Shown here piece after piece: positions 44,061 to 56,394 of a stretch of 64,000 nt of DNA. This DNA is from Camelus ferus (Eukaryota): contig NC_045697.1 of the NCBI RefSeq assembly GCF_009834535.1, positions 498,001-562,000 of the forward strand. The letters run 5' to 3'. The notes under the pieces are model-generated. The model made no database searches and was not told the DNA's origin. It saw only the letters and a list, made by a program, of their open reading frames with translations. The position numbers and the translations under genes were made by a program. The first letter of the stretch is position 1. Each line of letters opens with the position of its first letter.

Positions 44061-44686
44061 TGACTGCTTTCATAATCGTGTTCCTTAGTTTGGAGGGACT
44101 TTTAGAAACACACATCTCTGGCAGTCAGAAACACACACCTGACTTTCATTGGTCCTTCCCATTTCACTTTTTTTTTCGCTTCTTTTTTTCTGTTCAAGTT
44201 GTGGAAAAAATGAAATGATCGTGGTTCCAGCGGCACCCAGCACACTACTGTGTCATGATGGGACGGTGTCCACTCTGACCCACCCTCCCTTCTCTGCTCT
44301 TCCGCCCTCAGCATCACTCCCACCCTGAACACGTGCTCAGAGCCACTTCCAAAAGGGCGGCGGCCACGCAGCCTGGTGGGTTACTGGTGGCAGGACGGTG
44401 GATGGTTTGCTGATTTTACAGCTGTCATACTTTTCTGTATTTCTTCAGTTGTTATCGTAAGATTGTGTTTATTAAAGACAATACTATTCAGGCAGATTTG
44501 AGAACCTGAACAGGGCTTGGGAGCTACAAGCACAGAACATGTTACCAGGAAAGGACTGCTGGTCACTCGACAGCCAGCTCCCACGGAAGCCCCTCTTTCT
44601 CCGTGAGAGATGTTATTTCATAACATTTCTGTGATTCCAGACTCTTGAGAGAAAACCACCTTCACCTCATGTCTTTGTTTCCTAAG

Positions 44687-45843
44687 TGTGACCAAGCAGG
44701 ACCCTGGGGGGTCTTCCCAGGGGTGTCCCCCGCCTCTCATTTGTAGAAAATGTTTAGCCACCTAGGCCTTCCTTGAGTGCCAAAGAGCAGATTTAATCAG
44801 AGAATTGATAAAATGCAGAAACAAAGGAAAATAGTCAAGCAAGACAAAATAGTAAGTTTAGACGTGGAACAGTCAAATACCCTTAGTTCCTCCTCAGTGG
44901 CTTCTCAATCATGTTCGGAGCCACATCCTTGAGTTGTTTTGCAGGAACTGAAACCCCTGCCAGGTGGAAGAAGTTAACTGCACACCGACCAGCAGGTAGA
45001 CCCCAGACCTGCTGGAGCCAGACAACTGATTGCTGAGATTCCCGAGACATCACCCTGTAACCTCACTGAGGTGGGAAGCCCCATAAAAAAAGACTGGCAG
45101 GACCCCCAAGCAGGGCCACTACTCTCCTGCCAGCACCATCTGGTTCCCTGGCCCAAGGGCTTTATCTCACTTTTTGCCTCTGAACCGGCTTACTTCTAGG
45201 AAAGTGGAACTCACCCCTAAAATTCTATTGGTTCCCTGAGCTAACTCCTGATTGGTCCATTTGTAGTGCTTCATTTGCATGGAGCTCACTCCTGATTGGT
45301 TATTTCTCTCACTCCTGATTGGTCCATTTCTACAAAGCTTCTTCCTAATTAGTCACCTTTATTATACCTTATTTGCATATGATGTTACAAAATGTTGCAA
45401 AGTATAAACTGATAGCCTATAAACGCCTGTGTAAACCTACAGATGGGGTCCAGAGCTTGGAATGTTAACTCCCCTGGGCTCGCTGGCATAACAAACCTGA
45501 ATTCTCCAACTCTCCGAGTGCTGCTTGGTCTCTTGTCCAGATCCAGGTTGCTGTCACAACTAAGCTGTAACACCAAGCTGTCACACGCTTTTCTGCAACA
45601 TCACCACTGCCAGTCAGAGGCCTGTGCATGAGCTGATCTGGGCCCTGCAACCCCCACCCCTCACCTTGCCCTTACACCCCTTCCCTGAAGTCAGGGTCTT
45701 CTGAGCACGAGCTGCCGGTTCGCCTTGCTCAGCCCCATGTCAGGTGCCTGCAGTAAATGCTGCACTTTCCTTCCCCAGCACCTGGTGTCGGCAGACTGGC
45801 TTTACTACACACAGGCAAGCGGGCCCAAGTTTGCTTTGGTAGC
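44687..45843 (+). mobile_element. ERV1-type solo LTR, itself split by a younger LTR
   Basis: Starts TGTGACC; AGTAAA polyA-like signal ~45752; ends gcgggcccaagtttgctttggtag. Confidence 0.7.
45067..45600 (+). mobile_element. ERV1-type solo LTR, 534 bp, TG...CA, 4-bp TSD TCAC
   Basis: tcac at 45063-45066 and 45601-45604; CCAAT boxes and TATA inside. Confidence 0.9.
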
Positions 45844-46508
45844 TCTAGTGCTGCTGGAACAAAGTGCCCACCAACTGGGTGGCTTAAGACAAAAGAGGCT
45901 GACTGCCTTCCAGCTGTGGAGGACAGAGCCTGAGATGGAGGTATCTGCAGGGCCGCACTCACGCTGGAAGCTGGAGGGGAGGCTCCTTCCTGCCTCTTCC
46001 AGCTTCAGATGGCCTAGGGCGTTCCTGGGCTTGAAGCTGCAGACTCCGCGCCTGCCTCCACTGTCACAGGGTGTCCTCCCTCTTCTCTCTCATCTTCATA
46101 TAAGGACACCGGTCATATTGGCTTAAGGGCCTACCCCATTCGAGTGTGACTGCGTCTTAACTAATTTTATCTGCAACAACCTTATCTCCGATTAAGGTCT
46201 CTTACTGAGGTCCTGGAGAAGAGAATGTCAACACATCTTATTGGGGGCACAGTTCAATCCCCAGCACCTGGTCGGGGTCAGATATGTCGGACACCCTCCT
46301 TGACCCCCAGCTCCCCCATCTTACCCCAGAGCTCTCCATCAGAGCTGGCAGAGATGACTCTAAGTCCCCGGCCAGTGCCGCTGGGTGTGGAGAAATCTCA
46401 GGGCGAGTCCTGGCCAGGTGACTCAGTCACGGTGAGCCTCACCTCCACAGGACTTTGAATGGGACACAGTGCTCCAGGGCTCTTTCTGTGCTGAAGAGAG
46501 GCCACCCC

Positions 46509-46578
46509 CACGACTTTGCTCATGTGCCCCGGCTGTGTTGATATCACGACTTTGCTCACGTGCCCCTTCTGTGTTGAT
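46509..46578. repeat. 36-bp tandem duplication (cacgactttgctcaygtgcccc..ctgtgttgat x2)
   Basis: Direct repeat visible in sequence. Confidence 0.85.
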
Positions 46579-46739
46579 CCCCCCACCACTACGATCATCA
46601 TTAAAATCAAAATCGTTATCATCAAAGTTACAGACACTCGTTTAAAAACCGTATTTGAAAAACCATCCAGCTCACTAGTGCACCCTTCAACTCAACTATA
46701 AAGTTTAGTAAGTTCTTTGCTCACGTGGTTCCTTGTAGC

Positions 46740-47110
46740 CCAGATTTGGTTTTCTTCTTGCTGAGTGCACCCTTGAACAATTCTCTCAGACAGCATGAGT
46801 GTAAACTCTTGGAGTCCTTGTGTGTCAGGAGATGAGTTATCTCCCGGTCACTCTCAGATGACCATTTGGCTCCAGATGGAACGGTTGCTGCGTGTTCGCT
46901 TCCCTTGGTCCTTGGAGATGCTGCCCCTGGCCACAGCCAGTGTCGCCGAGAAGTCCGCCAACGATGTGGCTGTTCATTTGTGGCAACGTCGCTCTTACCC
47001 CAGGGGCTTTCTGGATGGAATGTGTGGTCCGGGTAGAGAACACCGCCTTTGTAGGTGTAGAATTTGCTGAGAGTAGAGGCGGGGGTGTCGGGGTGCCAGC
47101 AGCAAGTAGG
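46740..47110 (-). mobile_element. Old L1 ORF1 relic, GC-shifted
   Basis: gtaaactcttggagtccttgtgtgtc...gagaagtccgcc...gttcatttgtggcaacg...tgtaggtgtagaatttg matches antisense L1M ORF1. Confidence 0.6.
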
Positions 47111-47604
47111 GCTGAAGTCTTCAACCACAGGCACGACGACGGAGGAGGGGCAGGCCGCTGCGCGGCAGGCGGGTGAGGTTCTGTCCAGGAGGTGCCCTTC
47201 CCTGGACCACGAGGGGAGGGCCTTCCCCCTCCTGGTGTCTCGCCTCCCCCGTCTGAGCCCCCTGCCCCTGCTGCCCACCCACTCTGCGCTGCATCACCCT
47301 TCTCCGAGGCCAGAACTCCCAACCGCCCAGCAGAGGCTGAGGGACCCAGGGAGGCAGAGTGGCGTCAGGACCCTGGCATGCTCGGGTCACCATGGCAACC
47401 CTGGGAGGAGCTTAGGCCAGAGAGCGGTGTGAGGACCCTCGCCACTGTGATGGCTAGCCCGCCCCTACAGGCTCTCACATCCACCGTCCCTACCCCCAAC
47501 TGCTCCAGCTCTGAGATGAAGGCTCCGCCCCATCGCAACAGTCCCTGGGCACCAGTCCGCCCACCAGGGGAGGAGGCAGGGCCTCCAGGAGGAACGTCAG
47601 GAGG

Positions 47605-48126
47605 TGTTACCGAGTCCAAACTCATTCTGCTCACCCCACGACAGGCCAATAAATTGGGAGACGAGGTGTTGGGGCAAAGAATAGCGACTTTATTTGGAAA
47701 GCCAGCAGACCGAGAAGATGGCAGACTAATGTCCTGGAGACCCATCTTCCCCAAGTCAGAATTCGGGCTCCTTTTACACTAAAGAGGGGAGGGGGTGTGG
47801 TAGGTTGTTGCAAACTTCTTGGTGAAGGAATTATTCATTCTTGCAGCTGTCCACGTGGGTCAGAAGATGGTGCCCCTGTAAACCTCCAACAAGACAAACT
47901 GTTATTTTCTATTCTCCAACTTGTTATCTTTATATGAGTGCAAAAGTGTTAATATCCTTAAAGGTCAGAGCCTTGAGGATGGGATCTCCTGTCTACTTCA
48001 GGCTAAAGTCTACATTCTTGTACAAAAGGTGCAGAGCTAGCAAGACTCAGTCCAGGAATCAGGGCACAGGGTTAAAGCCATAGGAACAGATCTAACATGG
48101 AGTCAGATCTGTTCTTTTCTGTTACA
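47605..48126 (-). mobile_element. ERV1-type solo LTR (MER41-like architecture), 522 bp, TSD GAGG
   Basis: TGTTAC...GTTACA termini; gagg at 47601-47604 and 48127-48130; AATAAA on the minus strand at 47694-47689; inverted repeat gaacagatct/agatctgttc at the U3 end. Confidence 0.9.
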
Positions 48127-51100
48127 GAGGGACATGGTGAGAGCCACCTGGCGATTGGCCAGAGGGGCTGAGGGGTCACAGGGAGGCGTTGTGACGCACC
48201 ACTGGCGGTTATGAGAGCTGGTGCCACTGCCGAGGTCAGCCAGAGCAGAGATGGCCTTTCTGGTGCTTTTGCTCCTTGTTGCCGCCTTCTCCACCGCCTT
48301 CTCTACTGCCTTCTCTGCGCCCACCTCTGATGCACTCCGTGCCCATTCTTCTTGCTCCTGGCCCCTCACTGCGCACTCCACTTTCGTGCTGGCATCCACC
48401 TTCGCGCCCGTCTGCGGGCTGTCGAGTCCATGCACCCACACCCAGTGCCTTCTGCACCCGTGAGGGCTGGCCCGACTCCTCTCCCTCTGGTTCCAGCCCT
48501 GTGGCGGGGGATTGGGCTCCAAGAACAAGAGCACAGCGGACCCTCGCCCGTCCAGGGAGCACCCGTCCCAGGCCTCTGGTGTCCCAACCAAGCTTCTCAC
48601 TGGCCAGCCAAGTGCTCTCGACACTGAGATGAACAGAGGGCAGCCGCTGACCCACACGCCACACTCCCCAGGACCCCCTCCAAGTACACAGTGGGTATCT
48701 GGCCCCAAGCCTCCCCTGGCTGTTCCCAGAGTCCTCTTCTGCCTGTGGCTGTCGGCACCTCTGCCAGGCCCAGGTCAGCTGGCAGGAAGAGGCTGCTACC
48801 TGGTGGAAGAGGAAAACCTCGTGTCAGTCCTCATGTGTGCTGTCCCCACGCTGCCCTCCGGGCATCTGAGCCCAGAGACTGCAGAGGGTGAGGAGAGGGG
48901 CCCCAGAAACCTCAGATCGCCTCCTGGCAACCTTGGCCCTGGCTCCCTCCCTGACTCCCAGCCCCAACCACCACCAAGGGAAGAACTTGTACCAGCAGCC
49001 TGGCCCGCCCTACAGACAGACAGATGGGAGGCCAGGAAACGGGGCAGCAAGAGCGACCTGGATCCAGAGACGTGGGGCGTCCTGACCCAGACCCAGACAG
49101 TGAGAGATGCGAGGCCACCAGCCCAGGCCAGAGTCCATCCTCCATTGCTGCGGCCGGGGTGGCGGCGGCAATGGCTGTCTGAGGAGGCGACCGCGGCCTT
49201 GGTGAAGGGCAAGCGCTCGAACGCCAGCACGTCGGTGCCCAGTCCTCCTCCCGATGGGTCACTGGGCTGAGGCGCTGGCGGGCCCCCGGCCTGGGACCAC
49301 GTTCCGCCTGACGTCCTGGTTGCGTTCCGCCTGAGGAGTCCTTTTCCTCTGGGGAGTTCTCTTGCGGAGGGGAAGGGACGCTGCACCTTATGCCTAGAGA
49401 AGCCGAAAGAGCTGTGGGCGGAGGTGACGTGCCTGGGGACGCCTTTGGCCGAATCTCACAGAAAGCTGAACCTCACGGAGACGGCTGTGAACACAAGCAG
49501 GGAACGTGAGAAAAATCTCCACAAGACAATGTCTGAACTAGAGGAATTGTACGAAAAGCAAACGTGGAGAAACCCACTTGTTCACTCCTCAGAGGAGGGG
49601 CGCCCCCTAGAGAGCTTGCCAGCAGGGCAGGCGCCACGGGGCGCGGCGGCGGGGAGGGGCGCGGGCACGTCCCAGGGAGCCCCCGCCCTGAGCACAGAGG
49701 AGTACTTGGCTGAGCCCCACGGGCTGCAGGAGAGGTGCTGTCAGTCTGGGGGGGAGGTGTGGTGGCAGCAGGAGGTCCTTGAGCTGGAGGGCGTCATCTT
49801 AGACTGCAGGGACTCGTGTGTTTCCTCCCAGCGAAGCTTCTTTGGAACCTTTTGTGCTGGGAACTCCTTCCTAGGCAGGTGGGGGGGGTGGGGGCATGGA
49901 AGGGTAGCTTCACATGTATGTGAAGTCTCAATAAATAGTGTGTTGGAATGCAAAACAAGTGTTCGCGAGTGATGGTGGCCCCGGGGACCACAGTGCACAG
50001 AGTCCTCACACCATTCAGCGGGCTCGTGTCCACCAGGCAGATGCCTCTGCGGCTCTGAACTATGGAGAGCCAGCACTGTGACACCCTGCCAGACCCGCCA
50101 GCACCCAAAGCCAGCACCGAGCTGGGTGCCTTCAGATGGAAAGAAACCAGGTGGAAGGTCTGCTCCACTGTTTCTCCAAAGACCACTTCCACCCTGAGAC
50201 AGCCAGTTTGTGGCAAAACTTGGGTTTGCACCTGACGTTCTGGCTCTGACCTCCAGCCATGGCGGCAGTGCCCCTCCACCCCAGGGTCCTGCGTGACACA
50301 GGCCTTTGATGAGCGATCATGGGGGAGGGAACAGAGGCGTGAGCTGTGCTCTCTGCTGCTGGGTGGGGGCACTGGGAGAGGGGGCACAGACGGCAGGCCG
50401 CGCGCTCAGAGCCACGGAAGCCCTATGGGACTGGGGGCAGACTTGCTCTGGCTGCTCTAAGTGGAGGAGCGGGGCTGGGTGGACAGAGCAAGGCAGAGCA
50501 GGATTCAGGTGAGAACTGGGAGACCGGAGGGTGCTGGCGGACGTGGAGGGAAGGGGCTGCTTCCAAGAGGCAGAGCTGAGAATCGGTGATGAGTAGGACG
50601 CTGGGGGGCTGTGGGCAGCAGCTAAGGTGGGGTGTGGATCCCAATGAGCTGAGGCCTGATGTTTCCCCCGCCTGGCCTCTCTGCCCAGCTCCTTCCCTTC
50701 CTGGGAGGGCTAACCAGGGGCCCGAGGGGTCAGTGGCCTGGTGCCCTGCTCCTGCCCGGGGCTCATAGCCCACATGTCTCCTCTACCATCAGCCTCGTAA
50801 ACGGCCTCTGTGACAGCCTGTCCTGCCTGCTCCTGCCCAACACTGGGACAGAAGAACACAGGCCCTCCCCACCCCAAGGAGGACTGTGGCACCTGTGGCC
50901 TCACAACGACCCGAAGCCCTCAGAGGCCCAGGGAGGTGCCGGCGACAGTGCAGCCGTTTCCTGAGAGTGCTGAGGGTGACAGGGCCCTAAGTGTCAGAGC
51001 CACAGGAGAGGAAGGTGGACATCCGACCAATGTCCCGGGGTCCTCGGGGCGCTGAGCGCTTGCCCCAGGAACAAGACCTGCTCTGGAATGCATGGGGACG

Positions 51101-51684
51101 CACTGACTCAGAAAGCACCTGGACGTCCCCGCAGGGGTGCATGTCAGCTCCAGCACTGACTCCGGGAATGGGCAATGACAGCCTTGGGAGGCCACGTCCA
51201 TCTGTCTGCATCAGCACCCGGGACCTGCGCATCCTTGGGGCCCTGAGAGCGAGGGCCTGTGGGGCTGGGTGACCCCTGGGTCCCGGATCCTCTGAGTGGC
51301 GGCTGGCAGGCCCCACAGTGGCTCTGTGGCCTGGGTGGCAAGAAGGAAGAGGAAGACACAAACGCCCACCTCCAGGCGGGCAGCCCCGGCGAGGGGAAGG
51401 GCGGGGGAGGCGTGGCCAGCTTGGGCGGCGGCCCCATCACGCACCATTTGGCCCCTGGTCTCAGCCTGACAAAGCTGCGGGTCCTGCAGGCTGACCGTGA
51501 ACTGACTCTGGGCCTTACTGAGCAGCAGGCTGTGGTGTGTGTGTCACTGACGTGACTCGGTGCAGCCAGCGAGCCTCCCTGTTAGGACCACGGAGCCCTC
51601 ACCTGGGGCCAGGTTAACTCCCTGCCCTCTGCCGGACAAGCTGGACATTCCGCAGGACAGCACGCTGGTCCTGGACGGACGACA

Positions 51685-52085
51685 TGTTAGCTAGGTCCCC
51701 AGGGCTGCTGTGACGAAGCACCACACAGAGTGGCTTGGCCGACAGTTGTGGAGACCAGAAGTCCGAGAGCCAGGGGCGGCAGGGTGGCCCTCCCCGGGGG
51801 CTGCCCCCAGGGGCTGGGCTTGCCGCAGCCTTGGGGTTCCTCGGTTCGCGGATGCGTCGCCCCTCCTCAGCCTTCACCGTCGCGGGCCTGCCCCCGACGC
51901 GCACCTGTGTCTGAGCCTCCCTGATGAGGACTGCCTGCCACGCTGCGCCAGCCCGATGGCCTCAGCGCAACCTGATCTGTGGAGACTCTGTTTCCAAATA
52001 AGGGCGCGTCACTAGCTACTTGGTGTGAAGACGCCAGCGTGCGAGTTTGGGAGGACTTTGGGAGGACGCAGCCCAACGCCCAGCA
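51685..52085 (-). mobile_element. MaLR MLT1-type LTR, GC-shifted
   Basis: agggctgctgtgacgaagcaccaca...ccagaagtccgaga...tttccaaataagg. Confidence 0.75.
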
Positions 52086-53024
52086 GGTGATGAGGGCGAG
52101 GAAGCGATGGCGGTGACTCTGGGGCCTCGGTGAGAAACACGAGCTTCAGAGAATGCACACAGACCCGCAGAGCCTGGGGGCCGCCACATTAGGGAGGGCA
52201 GTCCCCTTCAGGCTGAAGGACAAACGTTGTGTCTTGCACCTTCCACCCTAAGAACGAAGAGGCCTCTTGGTGTTCCGGCGGTAGCGTGTCCCACACCACT
52301 AGTCACTGAGGGGGCCCCAGGGCTGCCGGGTGTGTGCAGGGTCCAGCCAAGAAAGGGCCAAGGGAGCAGCCCTGCTGGACCCCCTAGAACCAGAGGCACT
52401 AGCAGGCTGCTGCACCCAAAGGAAGGCAGAACGCACGCCCGGTGGCTCTGCAGCAGGACGCGATGCTGGGAAGCCAGGCTTGGGAAGGGGCAGATCTTCG
52501 ACCTGGGGCCTCGAGGGGCCCAGGCCTCCCACCCTGAGCTGACTCTCCCTGTCCTGGGCCCCACAGCAAAACACTGCAAGTCTTGTCATCTGTCCTGACT
52601 GGAAGAGAAAGCCTTCACTTTTTCCCTCCCATCATTTTTCAAAAGGATTTATCTCCAGAACTGAACTTCAGGAAACATCTTTCTCGTATCTGATGTGTCC
52701 TGGTGCAGGTCTGCGTATCCAGGGCTGGCCAGCTCCCCACCCACCTGCTGGGTGCACCTGGTCACCCGGCGACCCCACCTGCCCCGTCCTGCCCTGTCCA
52801 CTCCCCACCTGATTGGGCCGCCATCCAAGATGCCAACAGACATTACAAACGTTGCATACTTTGATGACATTTTCCTATTAATAAAACCTCAGACATGACA
52901 ACAAATGCACAAATTCGAAAGGAAGAAATCACCAAAATCTCCCCCGCTCCCAGATGAACTTGTTTTTCTGGTACAGACCCCAACCTGATTACTGTCATTG
53001 CCTTTTTTTTCCTTAATGAAGTCA

Positions 53025-53395
53025 CACTTTCCTAGGGTGGTTGTGAGAAGTCATCATAAAACTGGTGGCTTAAAGCAGCAGAAATGTATTCTCAGCATTC
53101 TGGAGGCCAGAAGCACAAAATCGAGGTGTCATCGGGCTTGTGGAGCTGAGGGAGAATCTGCAGTGTCTCTGCCGCCGACGTCACACGGCCCCTCCCTCCT
53201 TGGGTCTCACCTCTCGTCTTTCTCTTCAAAGGACCCTTGTCATGAGGTCAGGGCCACCCTAATCCAGGATGCTCTCCTCCCAAGACCCTTAACTCAATTC
53301 CATCTGCCAACGCCCTATTTCCAAATAAACCCACATTCATGGGCAGGGGACAGTGTTGGGCACATCCTTCTGGAGACACCGTTCAGCCCACTACA
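53025..53395 (-). mobile_element. MaLR MLT1-type LTR
   Basis: tttcctagggtgg...aaactggtggcttaaagcagcagaaatgtattctc...ccaccctaatccaggatg...ctatttccaaataa. Confidence 0.85.
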
Positions 53396-53716
53396 CGTTC
53401 TAGGCAGATTGTCAAGCACCCTTTTTTCCACGTTGTAATGTATCTCAGATAGTTTTTTGGGGCCAATATCTGTATCTCTACTGTATTTTTTTCAAGTTTT
53501 GAACACCACTCCTCCGTTTGGATGTCCCTTTCATGCAGGCGGCTGTGTTGGATTTATCTCCGTGGTAGGTGGCATCACAGTCTGCACGCTCATCCATGTC
53601 TCTCCAGGAACCTGTGGGGCGGGGCTGCAGGATGAGCCTAAAACGTGTGTCCCCTGGGGCAAAGGACACCAGGGTCCATGAAGGAAAGAATCAGTGGCTG
53701 GACTTCATTAAAATTA

Positions 53717-54542
53717 CGCTCTTTTTTCCTTTTGGCCATTTTCACCTATTTCCCCCACCTCCACCCCCTACCTCTGGCAACCACCAATCTCTTCTGTTTC
53801 TATGAGTTCAGTGTTTTAGATTCCACACGTAAATGAGATCACACAGTATTATTCTTTCTCTGTCTGACTTATTTCCCTTAGCCTAATGCCCTCAAGTTCC
53901 ATCTACGTTGTTGCAAATGGCAGGATTTCCTTTTTCATGGCTGAGTAATATTTCTGTGGGGGTTGTGTGTCACATCTTCTCTGTCCATTTATCTTGATAG
54001 GCACTTAGGTTGTTTCCATATCTTGGCAATAGTAAATAATGCTGCCATGAACATAGGGGTGCATATATCTTTTCAAATTTGTGTTTTAATTTTCTTCAGA
54101 TAAATACCTGGAAGTGGAATTGCTGGATCATATGGTAGCTCTGTTTTTCATTTTTTGAGAAACCTCCATACTGTTTTCCACAGTGGCTGCACCAATTTAC
54201 ATTCCCATCAACAGTGCACGGGATGCCAATATCTCACTGTGGTTTTGATTTGCATTTCCCGGATGATTAGTGCTGGTGAGCACCTTTTCATGTACCTTCA
54301 TGTTGGCCATCTGTATTTATCGTTTGGAAAAATGTCTGTTTGGCAGGGAGGGTACAGCTCAGTGGTAGAGCATGTGCTTAGCATACGCAAGGTCCTGGAT
54401 TCCATCCTCCCCTGTACCTCCATTAAATGAATAAATAAATAAATCTAATTATCTCCCCCCCAAAAAACAAATAAAAAATGATGGAAAAAAGAAAGAGTCT
54501 GTCCAGTTTCACTGCCCATTTTTTAATCAGATTGCTTTTTTG
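53717..54542 (-). mobile_element. L1 3' fragment inserted antisense into the older L1
   Basis: TSD-like aaaatta at 53710-53716 and 54543-54549; gtggaattgctggatcatatggtag. Confidence 0.85.
54342..54492 (+). mobile_element. tRNA-derived SINE (camelid Vic-1-like)
   Basis: gggagggtacagctcagtggtagagcatgtgcttagcatacgcaaggtcctggattcc with A box, degenerate B box and (AAAT)n/A tail. Confidence 0.88.
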
Positions 54543-55893
54543 AAAATTAAAAATTTCTTTTCTTTCAAAGACACTCTCAAGAGAATGAAAAGACAAGCTA
54601 CAGACTGGGAGGAAATATTTGCAAATTGTGTATCTGATAAATGACTGTTATCTAACATATGGAAATAACTCTTAAAACTCAACAATAGGAAAAACAACTC
54701 AATTAAAAAATGGGCCAAGGACTTTAACAGACACCTCACCAAGGAAGATATTCACACGGCAAATAGGCACATGAAAAATGCTCCACATTACATGTCATCA
54801 GAAAATGCAAATTAACACAAGATACTCCTCCACACCTGTCAGAACAGCTAAAATCCAGACACTGACAACACCAGGTGCTGGTGAGGACGTGGAGCCGCAG
54901 GGACTGTCATCACTGCGGGTGGGGATGTGAGATGGTGCAGCCACTTTGGAAGGCAGTTTGGTGATTTCTTATGAAACTAAAACATACTCTTACCATACGA
55001 GCCAGCAATACTGTGTGCTTCTTGGTATTTGTGCAAAGGAGTTGAAACTTATGTCCACACAAAAATCTGCACACAGATGTTTACATTTTTATTCAGAGTT
55101 TTATTCAGAGTTGCCAGAACCTGGAAAGCAGCCAAGATGCCCTTCAGAAGGTGATGGATAAATAAACTGTGGTCCCTCTGGACAGTGGAATGTTATTCAG
55201 CACTAAAGGGAAATGAGCTATCAAGCTGTGGAAAGACATGGAGGAAACTTAAATGCATATTCCTAAGTGAAAGAGGCCAATCTGAAAAGGCTGCAGACTG
55301 CAGGGTTCCAACTCTGTGACATTCCGGAAAGGCAAAACTACGGAGACAGTAAAAGGATCGGGGTTGGGGGGGAGGAATGAACAGGTGGAGCACCGGGGAC
55401 TTTGAGGGCAGTGAACTCACTCTGTGTGACACTATACAGGTGGACACCTGTGATTATACATTTGTACAAACCCACAGAACGTACAACACCAAGAATGAAC
55501 CCTGATGTAACCCTGGGGTGACAATGACATGTCAGTGGAGGTTCACCAGTTGTAGCACATGTACCCTCTGGGGCAGGATGTGGACGGTGGGGAGACGCTG
55601 GGGGAGGAATGACATGGAAATCTCTATACCTTTCAATTTTGCTGTGAACCTAAAGCTGCTCTAAAAAAATTAAGTATTTTTTAAAGTAAAAGTGACATTA
55701 GTTTGGGCTATCCTAAAATTGTTGATATTTTTCCATTTTTGATCTTGAAGAGCAGCAGATTTGTATAACTTAGCCAATTAAAATAGTTTGTTCTTTAAAA
55801 AGAATCCACAAACTTCTGGCAGGTCTGGCTTTTTTTTAATGAAAAACAAGAGAACAATAAATATTCAGACTGAAAGGACGTCACACAGTAGAC

Positions 55894-56280
55894 ATGGACC
55901 ACGAGGGGGTTCCGCGAGAAACCGTGGACCGCCGGGGGTTTCCCTGAGAAACCGTGGACCGCCGGGGGTTCCCTGGGAAACTGTGGACCGCCGGGGGTTC
56001 TGCGAGAAACCGTGGACCGCCAGGGGTTCCCTGAGAAACCTTTGACTGCCAGGGGTTTCCCTGAGAAACAGTGGACTGCCAGGGGGTTCCCTGAGAAACC
56101 ATGGACCGCGATGGGGTTCTCTGAGAAACCGTGGACCACCAAGCGTTCCCTGAGAAACTGTGGACCGCTGGGGGTTCCGCAAGAAACCGTGGACCGCCAG
56201 GGGTTCCCTGAGAAACCGTGGACCGCGATGGGGTTCTCTGAGAAACTGTGGACCACCAGGGGTTTCCACGAGAAACCGTG
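55894..56280. repeat. Minisatellite: 13 copies of a 29-30 bp unit GTGGACCGCCRGGGGTT(T)CCCTGAGAAACC
   Basis: Units counted directly; head-to-tail with no spacers. Confidence 0.97.
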
Positions 56281-56394
56281 CTCTTCTCTGTTCTAGTGGG
56301 AGATTAAGCAGGTCCCCATCCTAGAAAGCCAGCTGCTGAGACAGAGTGCTTATGACAGGTTCTTTCTTCCTTTCTTTTTGATGATGTTGCTTAA

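Larger units (their letters stand above)
44670..46266 (-). mobile_element. MLT1 LTR split by an ERV LTR insertion (pieces ~44670-44686 and ~45845-46266)
   Basis: tgtctttgtttcctaag | ctagtgctgctggaacaaagt...ctgggtggcttaa...ttgggggcacagttcaatcc. Confidence 0.8.
53665..55685 (+). mobile_element. L1M (L1MB/MC-type) 3' ORF2 plus 3' UTR, interrupted by an antisense L1
   Basis: ggacttcattaaaatta | aaaattaaaaatttc...aagagaatgaaaagacaagctacagactggg continues the L1 consensus across the insertion; ends tgtgaacctaaagctgctctaaaaaaa. Confidence 0.88.

Noticed and set aside
48103..49972. ORFs with AEKAVEKAVEKAA and coiled-coil-like ELEELYEKQ segments
   Set aside because: Short 12-bp repeat and probable decayed repeat sequence; no recognisable protein or splice structure
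54346..54420. tRNA gene (also 57030-57105 on the minus strand)
   Set aside because: tRNA-like head followed by an AT-rich tail and flanked by TSDs, i.e. a SINE
55894..56280. CRISPR-like array (29-30 bp partly palindromic repeats)
   Set aside because: No unique spacers, no cas genes, mammalian context; it is a tandem minisatellite, and its repetitive ORFs are artefacts
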